From a virus, in IMG/VR virus record IMGVR_UViG_3300003690_000003, positions 64,001 through 128,000 of that record: a stretch of 64,000 bases of DNA; one strand, written 5' to 3'. The position numbers and the translations under genes were made by a program. Below the pieces are notes generated by a model. It ran no database searches and was not told where the DNA came from. It saw only the letters and a list, made by a program, of their open reading frames with translations. Each line of letters begins with the position of its first letter. Position 1 is the stretch's first letter. Positions 57,401 through 64,000 of this stretch are shown piece by piece.

Positions 57401-60400
57401 ATCTTAACATCCGACTTGGCTAAAACAGATCCAGTAAAGTTCTCAACATGAGCGCCCACATATACGCGCTTTGACCCCGTCATAAAACCATCCGGAACTT
57501 CAGATTGAAGTAAAGAACCGCTTACACTAAACTCATTTAATATTACATCAGCATCATACTGCACTCCATATAGCTCAACAATCCAGCTATGCGAAGTAGC
57601 ATCGCTTCCGGTTACAAAATCCATCTCTGGATAGGTACTGGGACGTACGCGGACTGCTAACGACCATTTGCTATTATCATAAACCTGTTCAAATAACGGA
57701 CTTGTCAGGACAGAACCGGTTATACAGCCGCCAGAACTGGCGCTTAAAACGAACCTTGCATTATTATCGCCAGCCGCTCCACGTGCGACAAAGACTTGGA
57801 AGTTAGTCCTGTCAAGAGAGTTCCAAGTTGTTTCATCCGAGAAGAGTATTTCGCTATCGACTGCGGTATGAACTCCAAATATAGAGGCTGATACTTCAGT
57901 AAAGTTCTGAGTTGAATATAAATCGCTCGCTTGAGCGAACTTCTTAGGGAATAATACTTCGGCTTCTAATGTAAAAGCATAACCATTTGCGAGGAAGGCC
58001 CCCCCGGTAATATAATTTACTGAGTTGCTATTGGCGTTAGAAGCGTTTTGAAATACCAAAGAAGAAAAACGATCTGTGTGATTAAAGTCTATCAGACGAT
58101 CACGTGATTCCGCCATCGTTGTATTATCACGAAGTTCATATTCTATATTGTCTCCATATAAGCTCAGCTTAACTACTTCTTCATCTATTCCAAAACAACG
58201 AACCAGATTTCTAAAACTTTTTTCAGTTCCCTTGGACTTATAAATGTGAATCAGATTATTATAAATGTTCTGATATATCATACTCTTAATGTCAGTAAGA
58301 GATTTTACAAAAAGCCTATCTTCGCTTCTATCGGCTAGCTTTTCTAAAACGTCTGCGTCTAGAAATAACTCTGGAGAGAGTAAGCCGCGCGCGTCTAAAA
58401 GTCTATTACTAAAAATATTTGGTTTGTCGGATCCGCTAACATACCCAAAATCTTTAATGGTATTAACGTTTTCTATCTGCAGTTGTAGAGAGTCAAAATA
58501 CATCGCACAAATTTGTGTTAAGTTTTTTAATTCATCGCCACCCTTAGAATCTTCTTCCTGAATCCAAGTGGGAAACATACCAAATAAAGACGAATTATTA
58601 GTATGATCGTAAACAGATCCGGAGGTTTCCAAAGAAGTTAATACGGCTTGGACCTCTGGATGTGAGGGGTACAAAATAGGATCTCGGAACTCAGTGGCTG
58701 CAGCTGAAGCCGATACAATGGCAGAGCCCGTATTTCTAATAGCGGAATAGTATGTCGCATCGCGTGTCCAGGCACCGTTGGTCACGCGGCCTGAAAAGTC
58801 TAGAATAGTTAGGTCTTTACTTTCAACCCCCGTAATACCTTCATTGAACTTATAGTATACTCCCAAATCGGTATTTGCCAGGTCAGTGTTAGTACCCCCT
58901 CCCACTTGAGTAAACCAATAACGACCAATATCCTTCGAACTTCTTTGGGTCTTCCAATAGCGAAACTCGTCTAAAGAACCAGAAAGTTTACCGGCGCCGG
59001 CGGTGACGGTCGACGGTGTCGTTGTACCCGATGGAGCAGTTCTAAGGGCGCCTATATACGCCGCCATAGAGCCGCTAACCTTGTTGAGCCCAGTGGTACC
59101 TAGCAAAAGCTGCTGTTCAAAATCGCCATCAACATAAAATCTAGAGGTGATGCCGGCAGATGCTGACTTAAAAGTAAATGCATAGTGATGCCAGTTTCCA
59201 TCAGCCACTGATGCGGCGATAAAAGTATTCGTAGGTATCAACCCAGAACTATAAGTTAAACCAGCCGGATCAAGTTGAATAGTTGGAAGAGTCGTTGTGG
59301 CCGCAGGAGTCATATGATCCGTTCCAATCTGATCATAAATTGCCGAATTTGTGTCTCTTGAGCCATCGCCCATTCGCCACCAAGAAATAATATTTGACAC
59401 GTCAGAGCGCTGGCCTAAGTTTGTTGGCTCCCCGCTGTTGTAAAGTGCAGTAACTTCGGCTGAACTTAGTACCACCTTCCAAACACTTACCTCGTCTATA
59501 TAACCGGTAAAAGCCTGATCCTTCTCTTCGTCGTTTCCTAAGAAAGCACCATAAGTAGAGATAGTACCCCAATCATTCCTGGCCGTATTATAGCTACTAT
59601 TAAGAGTCTTAACCACACCATCGACATAAACGATTGCTGTTTCTGCCGGACTCGTAGCGGCGTTTCCATCATATGTTACAACTATGTGATGCCATGTATT
59701 ATCACTAATTGCATTATTGTTAGTTCGATTATTTAAATTGGTGCCGGCGGTGTCGGCATAAACTTGAATTCTATTGGCATGACTGATGGCGACCCTAAAA
59801 TCATCATTCCCTAGGGTAAAAATCCTATCTGGTGTACTGCCGCCGCCGTCCGCGGTTTTGTATACCCAAGCCGAAAAAGTGATTCTCCTGTTCGTGAGTG
59901 CCGTATTCCATGTTCCGGCTGAGCGCGTGCCGCCCAATCTAGCCGTAATATCACTATCGCCGCTAAATAGCACCCCCTTGGGCGCTGCTGTCACAGCTGA
60001 CGCGTCCACAAAGCCCATCGTCCCGGACATCATTGTTAGAAGGAAGGGACTCGTTCCATCATCGGAACCGGTTAAATCAATTCTAAAACGACCATAATCT
60101 GCGCTTGATGAGTTGGCATAGTTCCAAAGATCAAAAATAACCTCTTTTCCGGTATTGTTAGTCGTATCAAACGCATCCTTTTTCAGCCAAAACTCTACAG
60201 ATGTCCCATTGGTTAAATCAAGTTCTAGATTTGATTCTCTATTATCCGCCGGCGACCATATATTAGCCGGAGCGGTACGAGGGACCGTGCTTTTAAGATG
60301 AGGGCCTCCGTAAAGGCTAATATATTCAAGATCTTCTGGAAGACCATAGCCATCAACTATACTTCCGTCACGATCGCCCCATCCACCATAAGAAAAGTTA

Positions 60401-60735
60401 ATATATCCTGTAGTTCGTGGATATCTCTCTTCAAAAACGTATAAATCTACATATGAAGAACTATTTTCCCAGCTAAGTCTCTCATATAAAGACCCATCAT
60501 AAGGATAGGCCTTATAAATATTTCTTACTGCGTCCCCATAATATTGTTTAGCAGACCCATATCGCGCAAAGTTTTCAGGTTTTGAATAATCAATAGGAGG
60601 TAGATAGCGGCTTTCTTTAACAATGTCTGCGTCGTGATAGTTAACTGATTCTACATCAGCGCCTACACTTTCTTCTGTTCTGTTTGTTAAAGATTTAGCA
60701 ATCGAAATCTTACTAAATAGATCTTTAAGACTCAC
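48439..60735 (-). CDS. Giant baseplate/fibre protein with multiple LamG (concanavalin A-like) domains
   Basis: 4098 aa; repeated S.S.W, W.H.V.T, Y.NG/DG, IDEV..W, W.R/KMGD motifs; baseplate-like YKSKGTEKS.RNL.RCFG. Confidence 0.8.
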   Translation of the reverse strand: MSLKDLFSKISIAKSLTNRTEESVGADVESVNYHDADIVKESRYLPPIDYSKPENFARYGSAKQYYGDAVRNIYKAYPYDGSLYERLSWENSSSYVDLYVFEERYPRTTGYINFSYGGWGDRDGSIVDGYGLPEDLEYISLYGGPHLKSTVPRTAPANIWSPADNRESNLELDLTNGTSVEFWLKKDAFDTTNNTGKEVIFDLWNYANSSSADYGRFRIDLTGSDDGTSPFLLTMMSGTMGFVDASAVTAAPKGVLFSGDSDITARLGGTRSAGTWNTALTNRRITFSAWVYKTADGGGSTPDRIFTLGNDDFRVAISHANRIQVYADTAGTNLNNRTNNNAISDNTWHHIVVTYDGNAATSPAETAIVYVDGVVKTLNSSYNTARNDWGTISTYGAFLGNDEEKDQAFTGYIDEVSVWKVVLSSAEVTALYNSGEPTNLGQRSDVSNIISWWRMGDGSRDTNSAIYDQIGTDHMTPAATTTLPTIQLDPAGLTYSSGLIPTNTFIAASVADGNWHHYAFTFKSASAGITSRFYVDGDFEQQLLLGTTGLNKVSGSMAAYIGALRTAPSGTTTPSTVTAGAGKLSGSLDEFRYWKTQRSSKDIGRYWFTQVGGGTNTDLANTDLGVYYKFNEGITGVESKDLTILDFSGRVTNGAWTRDATYYSAIRNTGSAIVSASAAATEFRDPILYPSHPEVQAVLTSLETSGSVYDHTNNSSLFGMFPTWIQEEDSKGGDELKNLTQICAMYFDSLQLQIENVNTIKDFGYVSGSDKPNIFSNRLLDARGLLSPELFLDADVLEKLADRSEDRLFVKSLTDIKSMIYQNIYNNLIHIYKSKGTEKSFRNLVRCFGIDEEVVKLSLYGDNIEYELRDNTTMAESRDRLIDFNHTDRFSSLVFQNASNANSNSVNYITGGAFLANGYAFTLEAEVLFPKKFAQASDLYSTQNFTEVSASIFGVHTAVDSEILFSDETTWNSLDRTNFQVFVARGAAGDNNARFVLSASSGGCITGSVLTSPLFEQVYDNSKWSLAVRVRPSTYPEMDFVTGSDATSHSWIVELYGVQYDADVILNEFSVSGSLLQSEVPDGFMTGSKRVYVGAHVENFTGSVLAKSDVKMAACRYWLDYLENDAIKAHARDVKNYGALHPYRSAYVFQDGKNNFEVPQIETLALNWDFEQVTGSDASGEFVVADFSSGSTALQTTRYGALGNILNAQHTGRGYGFPVSSVKVVDVDYLVSAKQNLPENLYAQDMIKVLTTQDDLEFTRESRPITFFFAFEKSMYQTISEEMLNIFGSIVDFNNLIGEPVNKYRPQYKRLGKLRELFFERVENTPDLDKYIEFYKWFDTSLGKMIEQLVPASADFADGIRIMVENHILARDKYQHKFPTLEMKPSDPIGPLLTVLPLSPGWKYAHHPILTPITGPPPTVLSQSVNATYWLQMAERYPKYAGMEGTTLNPVSSSVASVNHSRTMVLKTTESVRNRKKSTPYRFTIENSFKKLRTIRSGVNYTRKKQRDVVYAATYPAGPRVPGTNIPANIMLAFGDDVEKWQNISDNLNPGVKRRLGFGMGFINKEPANSPYFTTNDGQLIAPFSLYSSSVNTGYNLQIVNRFTGSVQLTNLHTDVYGPDYEVPMQGPFTEKFVGGREHRHIELNVSSSRPHREGDPLGGGLDNADDRAEGFKLLLGLWTGGRIFPPATDAEVGALGIVGPQYPQEDSPAVSPPYLFNRPKANLKRNVGTKRPVNIKNILMTTGSLNQRMSGTIMHSRIGNYQKNYQIIQTAGRSINDPFFQDQSFDFALYPETLATRGRFPLQTPEVHSVYFGGETTDDRVLIGADTVWAAEIGGAGGSAKAFSLSAWVKVDPSISDNDRIFDFSNSDRRLYWDTGDSGRFEFTIAGSVDTGKVNTSTITTGVWMHIVATFEGDTTGAQKLYVNGTLDTNLVDTVSAPLEISGMECFIGARGTGVQDEWLGHICDAAVWRKELSQDHVTEIYNNGARLNLKQTVAAASGNLISWWKLGDNANDATDGSTSYSLGVNSLIDEVGAHNGTPESLPASAIQKTSPSFGNLTQNVGGNLEYTLPTRTGANSNQSIIVNRFNAPGGWDVSSRGYMDPAHEEKSVYNALPWRNRGVIDYGRTGSVPGDPSISGTIHVVDQIDYARGLNQRSTLHSGRFGVEVGVAASSSASGIRKYGLTQVAYSNLPSWNKMNRNPKRVIKEAPVGAGYFNGSTSYVEAGIASDWTSLVGGLGNAALPFSVSLWLRLPTLPGSSSKVWAFGVQRYMNIYSTGLLKFFGNNSSGVTVLNATALTTNRWYHVVITYNGGSDNGGDETATIYLNGVNDNDTVANSSTSGQIIKGLTIGSRDSGTANTNAYISNFAVWSKVLAAAEVKSLYNNGVVVNIKETLPTSLQAWYRFNSYAGDTNASVDNQMGLIGSSAASASLATDLVLQHAHAPKRFEALAAGGVSWPTYQTNTYDNAYVTHQIPQSDRQYAWITGSLLPTAKVYGYDGLTSYAYLQNSSSMFFDDTNDYIDIGTAVTWNSLIGGSGTSAKPFSISLWFNSADWSSYQQLIHFGIYGRALYTNSSDGIRFQIDGSDSNGRIKTGTAYLNDNQWHHVVATFEGGDPAGVSLGGMKLYLDGVDRTTSAGFQLDNPAAIATENGTIGVELDAPGGYFDGNIDEVAIWNTELSANQAEEAYNNGTAKNFKQHSAAASLLSWYRMGDGRGDSATMIIDQIGGHNGTVNGAVASDLSIDGSRYDGPFHYKLEDQFVSASDFGCTVRGPAGGAYPLWFPLYRWGATRKTVAAGGYPFYGPNFAGLNTVLKDPLTASQNTLGFPLNTDILSTLNGQQRVKLFYPSQSDAIETQYANRNAEDFGYIEGFIYDGTGEAAAGTYGQGAGTAQMFNALMLHRNGPYGWPTFRQIQAGPHSHPLVREQRKNNRLTVRTLPTIVNRATGVRGLKGNEIVSYIEPPIGSQHKVMTHTLVSTNRVVDNDRNVTFIDQSLIYNHSFANKVDYFANIELTNRYNLKLDTKRGDLYFNRLNELLLKDTAGNTENSPFENIDKVLVNYKQTVYPAAKNAGLNRNRRRVNYSISNIWNNNRTLRGYAGSQVDLPMSPTGAALNASIWPLDGHGYPSPGTTADTNFQDTLSSNPLSGSGLLQNCFSGFDQWGEGNITASCMYTQRCMIGISGAAGDGGAPTSFNTNNPRANFPGDAEYQVAEQAGKKPYLTYDQYCENLRLIGKDYSIVPEFRISEQMDYYLNTAAEDFWAPNNSFLDLTGSSIADSSENNFFKVYSNSDFMRFFSVVDETYDNKSLVNGDIMKKDKLALRCSGLVKFLPYKGLSSSYGPFMKCTAAACGNDDEATSPDWAGGSRLPKRGGGRITSDFMETKAAFRAFVEPLAGPGILYNTIKSGIGVSNYILRSIWDGYIRDYLGHTVGRDVQYSARSQTKQIGGANCPRAGSDDFGEYYGWKGLLPLNPSASYSTLVDETGYYYYMHKLPFEALLHPVQHMSTRILAPIQVPAADDPNPAANYDNFNAGYIFDRGVGSGSISSSYGHLASNPTNPTLANCMNAVRWPGDGLKNYELAIDNFVCETVDFFQTGLKSFKSSREDQFREVKSGSVYGMKVSLNRTQQSIIGAASPAQTQLSKQVADTTIFTMYNRASGFGRPMSASFEGTANIPSWVHVTPPYYDGEAVATILFKPQYDGKPMLADIFSNSEITYQRSGEYLSPDASTNTIFLNDPDAKQRFAAMQISASVDLTREVTAIIANTTTATKRWLIQTKFETPVLNFAAVSASTPLTPTAAAHSGDLLATKGMWHQKGAICQGREGIFISLTDPGHIESSPNGDANYNVQSLLDVVGFSPVVKRIGSITDAKVVSEAVVAVPFTIALDGRRKFYRFSKHQRNGAIRILAGQQTQVQVKPDVLKICKALKDYVFPPKFDFVTTETGRETIDPFVMFVFEFTKKFSQQDLADIWQNLPPETSGESLQAREATIQHSLLAEDFFDSDQRQISEHMRWMVFKVKRRAKSNYNKYKATGLTDDLSTVPNSIDSPYTYNWPYDYFSLVELVKMDMGIQYASSESVEDVEAAQDLADQAAADAAQGALNLLG

Positions 60736-60740
60736 TTTTG

Positions 60741-62282
60741 TTACCCTTCCTCAACCCTAAACTTAAATTCTTCTGACTGTTGGACCCAGTCCTTTGATGA
60801 ATCATTATAGTAAACGAACTTTAGACCATAAGAATAGCCGCCTTCTAATAATGACATGTTTAAATCAAAATAGTTTCCTGATACATCATAAGAAAGATAA
60901 GAATATTTGGTACTGCCAGTTCCATATGGAATCACATTAAGATCGTCTACTACCCGGAAAACACGATAAGATGCGCTTACAATCGTTTCATTAGGAATAA
61001 TCGCTGTCGCTACACTATAAATGGAATCATTTATTGCCTTTGGACGTACATAAAGTCTAAACCTGGCTGTCTCACTTCGGATATAACCATCCTTAAGGTT
61101 GGATATTGCAGTTACATATTGGGTCGATGGCGCATTATCATAAGCCACAAGGGTTTTTGGAGCAACGGAGCCAGTAAAAAGTTCAGTAGTCCCATCATGC
61201 CATACATCGTAAAGCTGTGTTAAAGTACCTGTGGCGGCAAACGATGCTGAGTATATGCCGGTTTTGTACCATCCTCCAGTCACATTGATATCCAAATTGG
61301 CCGCGACATCCCCTCCAACTGGAAGTGCTAACTTAGAGCCCGCAGGGGCTGTTGAACCCGAATATAAGCTAAGCAGTATTGTTCCGGTTCCTACCGATGG
61401 AATGTCAACGAGGCGCCCTCGAACATAGTTATATAAGTATAAAGTATTAAGATTGTCTGTTGCGGTGGCTAGAGAGCTGCTATAATAAAAGCTACCGCGG
61501 TTATCTTTAACACGTGAGTCCCAGCGCGCCTCTAACACCGGGCGCTTGAAGAAAAACTCTGAAGATCTTGCAAAAAACTTTTTAGTATAGTAGGATTCAG
61601 TAGCTCCCACAGTATTTTGAATAAGGCCACCGGTTGTATTAATCCCCGTAGAACTTGAAAAATATGCTTCCTGACTAGCTGTAAGTCGCACACTGAGGCC
61701 ATAATTATCATATTCACCGCCGGACTCGCCGACTATCCAGTTTTCTACGATTTCAGAAATATCTATTTCTAGATCTTCATAGCCATTCGGGAAAGAAGCA
61801 TTATAGGTTGGAGCGCTCAAATAATCGCCACCTACCGTGGTCCACGCGCCAACCTTGCCTCTGCGCATCCAGTTCGAACCACTATTATCATAAGTGCGAT
61901 CAGTATACTCTTCCATATCTAAACCAACGCCTTCTTCCCAAGAAGATGAGATGGGTTCTATTACCAGATTAAATTGGCGAGGCAACGTATAAGCATGCCG
62001 AGCGTTATACATTCTTAGATAAAAACTTACACTCCCGCTAGCAGGAATGGTGCCCGCTGTTCGATCTGTCGAAATCGTCGACACTGGAAACTCAATTATG
62101 GTGCGTGTTAATTCTTGGGAAAGCCCATCCGATCCGGAGGCTTCACCATAAATAGAAAAAACCTCTACTACATCGGCCATTCCCATATTAGACCCCGTTC
62201 CTCTCTGACTTTCCAGCAAAGAAGACTTAAAGGCATTTGTTATAGTATTATCTTTATTAGCCGTATAACGCTTAATAGCCAT
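60741..62282 (-). CDS. Baseplate-region structural protein
   Basis: 513 aa beta-rich; SSSWEEGVG, TKKFFAR, RPVLEARWD; coupled to gp6-like gene. Confidence 0.65.
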   Translation of the reverse strand: MAIKRYTANKDNTITNAFKSSLLESQRGTGSNMGMADVVEVFSIYGEASGSDGLSQELTRTIIEFPVSTISTDRTAGTIPASGSVSFYLRMYNARHAYTLPRQFNLVIEPISSSWEEGVGLDMEEYTDRTYDNSGSNWMRRGKVGAWTTVGGDYLSAPTYNASFPNGYEDLEIDISEIVENWIVGESGGEYDNYGLSVRLTASQEAYFSSSTGINTTGGLIQNTVGATESYYTKKFFARSSEFFFKRPVLEARWDSRVKDNRGSFYYSSSLATATDNLNTLYLYNYVRGRLVDIPSVGTGTILLSLYSGSTAPAGSKLALPVGGDVAANLDINVTGGWYKTGIYSASFAATGTLTQLYDVWHDGTTELFTGSVAPKTLVAYDNAPSTQYVTAISNLKDGYIRSETARFRLYVRPKAINDSIYSVATAIIPNETIVSASYRVFRVVDDLNVIPYGTGSTKYSYLSYDVSGNYFDLNMSLLEGGYSYGLKFVYYNDSSKDWVQQSEEFKFRVEEG

Positions 62283-64000
62283 TAAACCACGCTTCCTTGT
62301 ATATCTACGTTTGGATACTTGATCTCAAATGCTGAATCCCTATCAGCTTTTATATATCTTCCATCGTTTGAAAGGTGTGCATCCAAATCAAAGTTAAAAT
62401 TCGAATAAGGGTCACCGCTTTTTGCTATAAGCTTCACATCTAAAACGTCTATTACGTTGGGTACTTTTTGAAGTTCTTTATAAATATCTCCAATATAAAG
62501 GTCTTCGCCAATGTCGTACGTTGTATTGATAAAGTAGGTTCTCAATCTACTGGTGGCCGTAGCTAAAGCATTGTATTTATTCTCTTCGTAATCAGTTATT
62601 ATAACAAATTCAACTCCAAAATTAACCACTTGAGCATCTAAAATATCAATCGTATCATTTATTACTTTATAACGCGACAGCCATGTTTTTAAATTTTGTT
62701 TAATGGTTGAATTAGTATTCACTAAAAATCCATTATTATCTTCCGATAAAATATACATATTAAGATTTCTTTTGAAGGAATCAAAATCACGTAAAATCGT
62801 ACATCTTTTAACAGCTCCAAAACTAGGAGGCATTGCATAAGAGATTGCCTGATAGTCCTGGATGGTCACGGCCCTGTTTTGAGTTGCATAATAACTGAAC
62901 ACGCGCTGTTTGATTTCTTCTGTTGAGGGAAGTGATACGTCACCTAGGATGGGCTCCTCATTATTAACTTCTAGAGAAGATAAAACAGTATTTCTTTTCG
63001 CTCCGTTAAGAGATCCTTCGTTTTCAAACTGTAAAATAGGAATAGCAACTGTCGTAAGAGTATTGGCTGCAATATTAACATCACTTGCGTCATTAACTCG
63101 ATAGTGAATCGTCAAGGTTGTATTTGCCGGCGCAATGCCAAACTTGTCGGTATCAGTGAGATTAGTAGGATCAAACTCCTTGTCTGTGGTATAATCGCGG
63201 CCGTGGAGTTTCAATGTAATCTTGCTTGGATCTAAAACAGATGCATTTGTTAGCTCAGTATCGCTCCCGTATCCAAACTGTAAAAATGCGTCGGTTCTGC
63301 TTCTCTCTAAAGTAAAACGTCGAATAGCTGGCACAGCCTTTAAAATCGAAGGGACACTATTTTTATCTGCATTGTTGTTTCTGATTGCTTTATAGATTAC
63401 TTCTTGGGCCAGATGTTCTACTTCAAAATATTCATGACCCTCTGAATCTGATACCGACATAATCTCCGTTACAGCCGGTGAGGCAAGCGGAACTTTCAGA
63501 AACCTTTGGTATTCGCCAATAGTTTTGGCCTCGCGTTCCATTCGGCCAGAAATAACCTTTCCGGAAGCTTTAGCCGCAAACCCAGTAGGTGAATTAGTAG
63601 TTCCATCAACGGTTGTGATTATAATTTCATTTCCGGCGGCTCCAAAATAAATATCTTCAGTGAGAGTAAATGTCTTGCCGCCCACGGAAGTAAACTGACT
63701 ACTGGCTCGAAGAGTCGGATAATAATCTGTATCTGGCGCACCTAAAGAGTCGGCCGGTACTGTAACATAAAACTGTGCTGTTCCAACAGAAGTTGCACTA
63801 TCGGTATACTTCCAACCTAATTGGCGCGCTAGCCGTACTACATTATCATATTCTAAAGCACTATCCAAAAAAGACTCATTCACTTGATAATCCAAATAAA
63901 ATGATAAAATATCTCCTATATAAGAAACCGAATCTAATACGAGCGATCCAAAGCCTGCCTCATTGAAATCCTTAAAACTCTCAGGATAATAACGCTTTGC
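62282..64000 (-). CDS. Baseplate wedge protein (gp6-like), 5' end off window
   Basis: Frame open to 64000 (KRYYPESFKDFNEAGFG...YIGDILSFYLDYQVNESFLDSA); ARQLGWK, QNRAVTIQDY. Confidence 0.88.
   Translation of the reverse strand, partial: AKRYYPESFKDFNEAGFGSLVLDSVSYIGDILSFYLDYQVNESFLDSALEYDNVVRLARQLGWKYTDSATSVGTAQFYVTVPADSLGAPDTDYYPTLRASSQFTSVGGKTFTLTEDIYFGAAGNEIIITTVDGTTNSPTGFAAKASGKVISGRMEREAKTIGEYQRFLKVPLASPAVTEIMSVSDSEGHEYFEVEHLAQEVIYKAIRNNNADKNSVPSILKAVPAIRRFTLERSRTDAFLQFGYGSDTELTNASVLDPSKITLKLHGRDYTTDKEFDPTNLTDTDKFGIAPANTTLTIHYRVNDASDVNIAANTLTTVAIPILQFENEGSLNGAKRNTVLSSLEVNNEEPILGDVSLPSTEEIKQRVFSYYATQNRAVTIQDYQAISYAMPPSFGAVKRCTILRDFDSFKRNLNMYILSEDNNGFLVNTNSTIKQNLKTWLSRYKVINDTIDILDAQVVNFGVEFVIITDYEENKYNALATATSRLRTYFINTTYDIGEDLYIGDIYKELQKVPNVIDVLDVKLIAKSGDPYSNFNFDLDAHLSNDGRYIKADRDSAFEIKYPNVDIQGSVV

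Noticed and set aside
32-63966. Numerous short plus-strand and nested ORFs in the track
   Set aside because: Antisense or alternate-frame shadows of long minus-strand genes with no recognisable motifs; only 31424 has SD/promoter support
1-64000. Stop-codon reassignment as in some large phages
   Set aside because: Genes are full length in the standard code and end in TAA, TAG and TGA
1-64000. CRISPR array, tRNA, intron/intein, homing endonuclease, DGR
   Set aside because: No regularly spaced repeats, no evident tRNA, conserved genes appear uninterrupted, no reverse transcriptase; differences in the 62-nt repeat are too few and not adenine-specific

Overview
64 kb of a large T4-like myovirus (bacteriophage) virion-morphogenesis region, with essentially every gene on the minus strand. 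Reading right to left: baseplate wedge (gp6-like) and baseplate/fibre proteins including a 4098-aa multi-LamG protein; an embedded RuvC-like resolvase, DNA primase and Mre11-Rad50 (SbcD-SbcC) fusion; a holin/spanin-like cassette; terminase large subunit, portal, prohead protease and a phage-encoded ribosomal protein bS21; a cluster of probable head fibre/decoration genes; scaffold, major capsid, neck (gp13/14/15-like), sheath, two tube-like genes, tail chaperone, tape measure and a truncated baseplate/tube-initiator gene. The most unusual signals are: (1) a directional [S/T]-[G/A/S]-S tripeptide concentrated in putative surface-exposed virion proteins and nearly absent from enzymes, portal and tape measure (candidate virion-wide modification sequon); (2) a probable +1 programmed frameshift on U7 in the tail chaperone; (3) a recurring CTAWWTA late-promoter-like motif; (4) an unannotated 16-aa Cys-Cys micropeptide; (5) bS21 among strongly Shine-Dalgarno-led head genes. 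All annotation is by motif recognition only; no database searches were run and counts are by hand.
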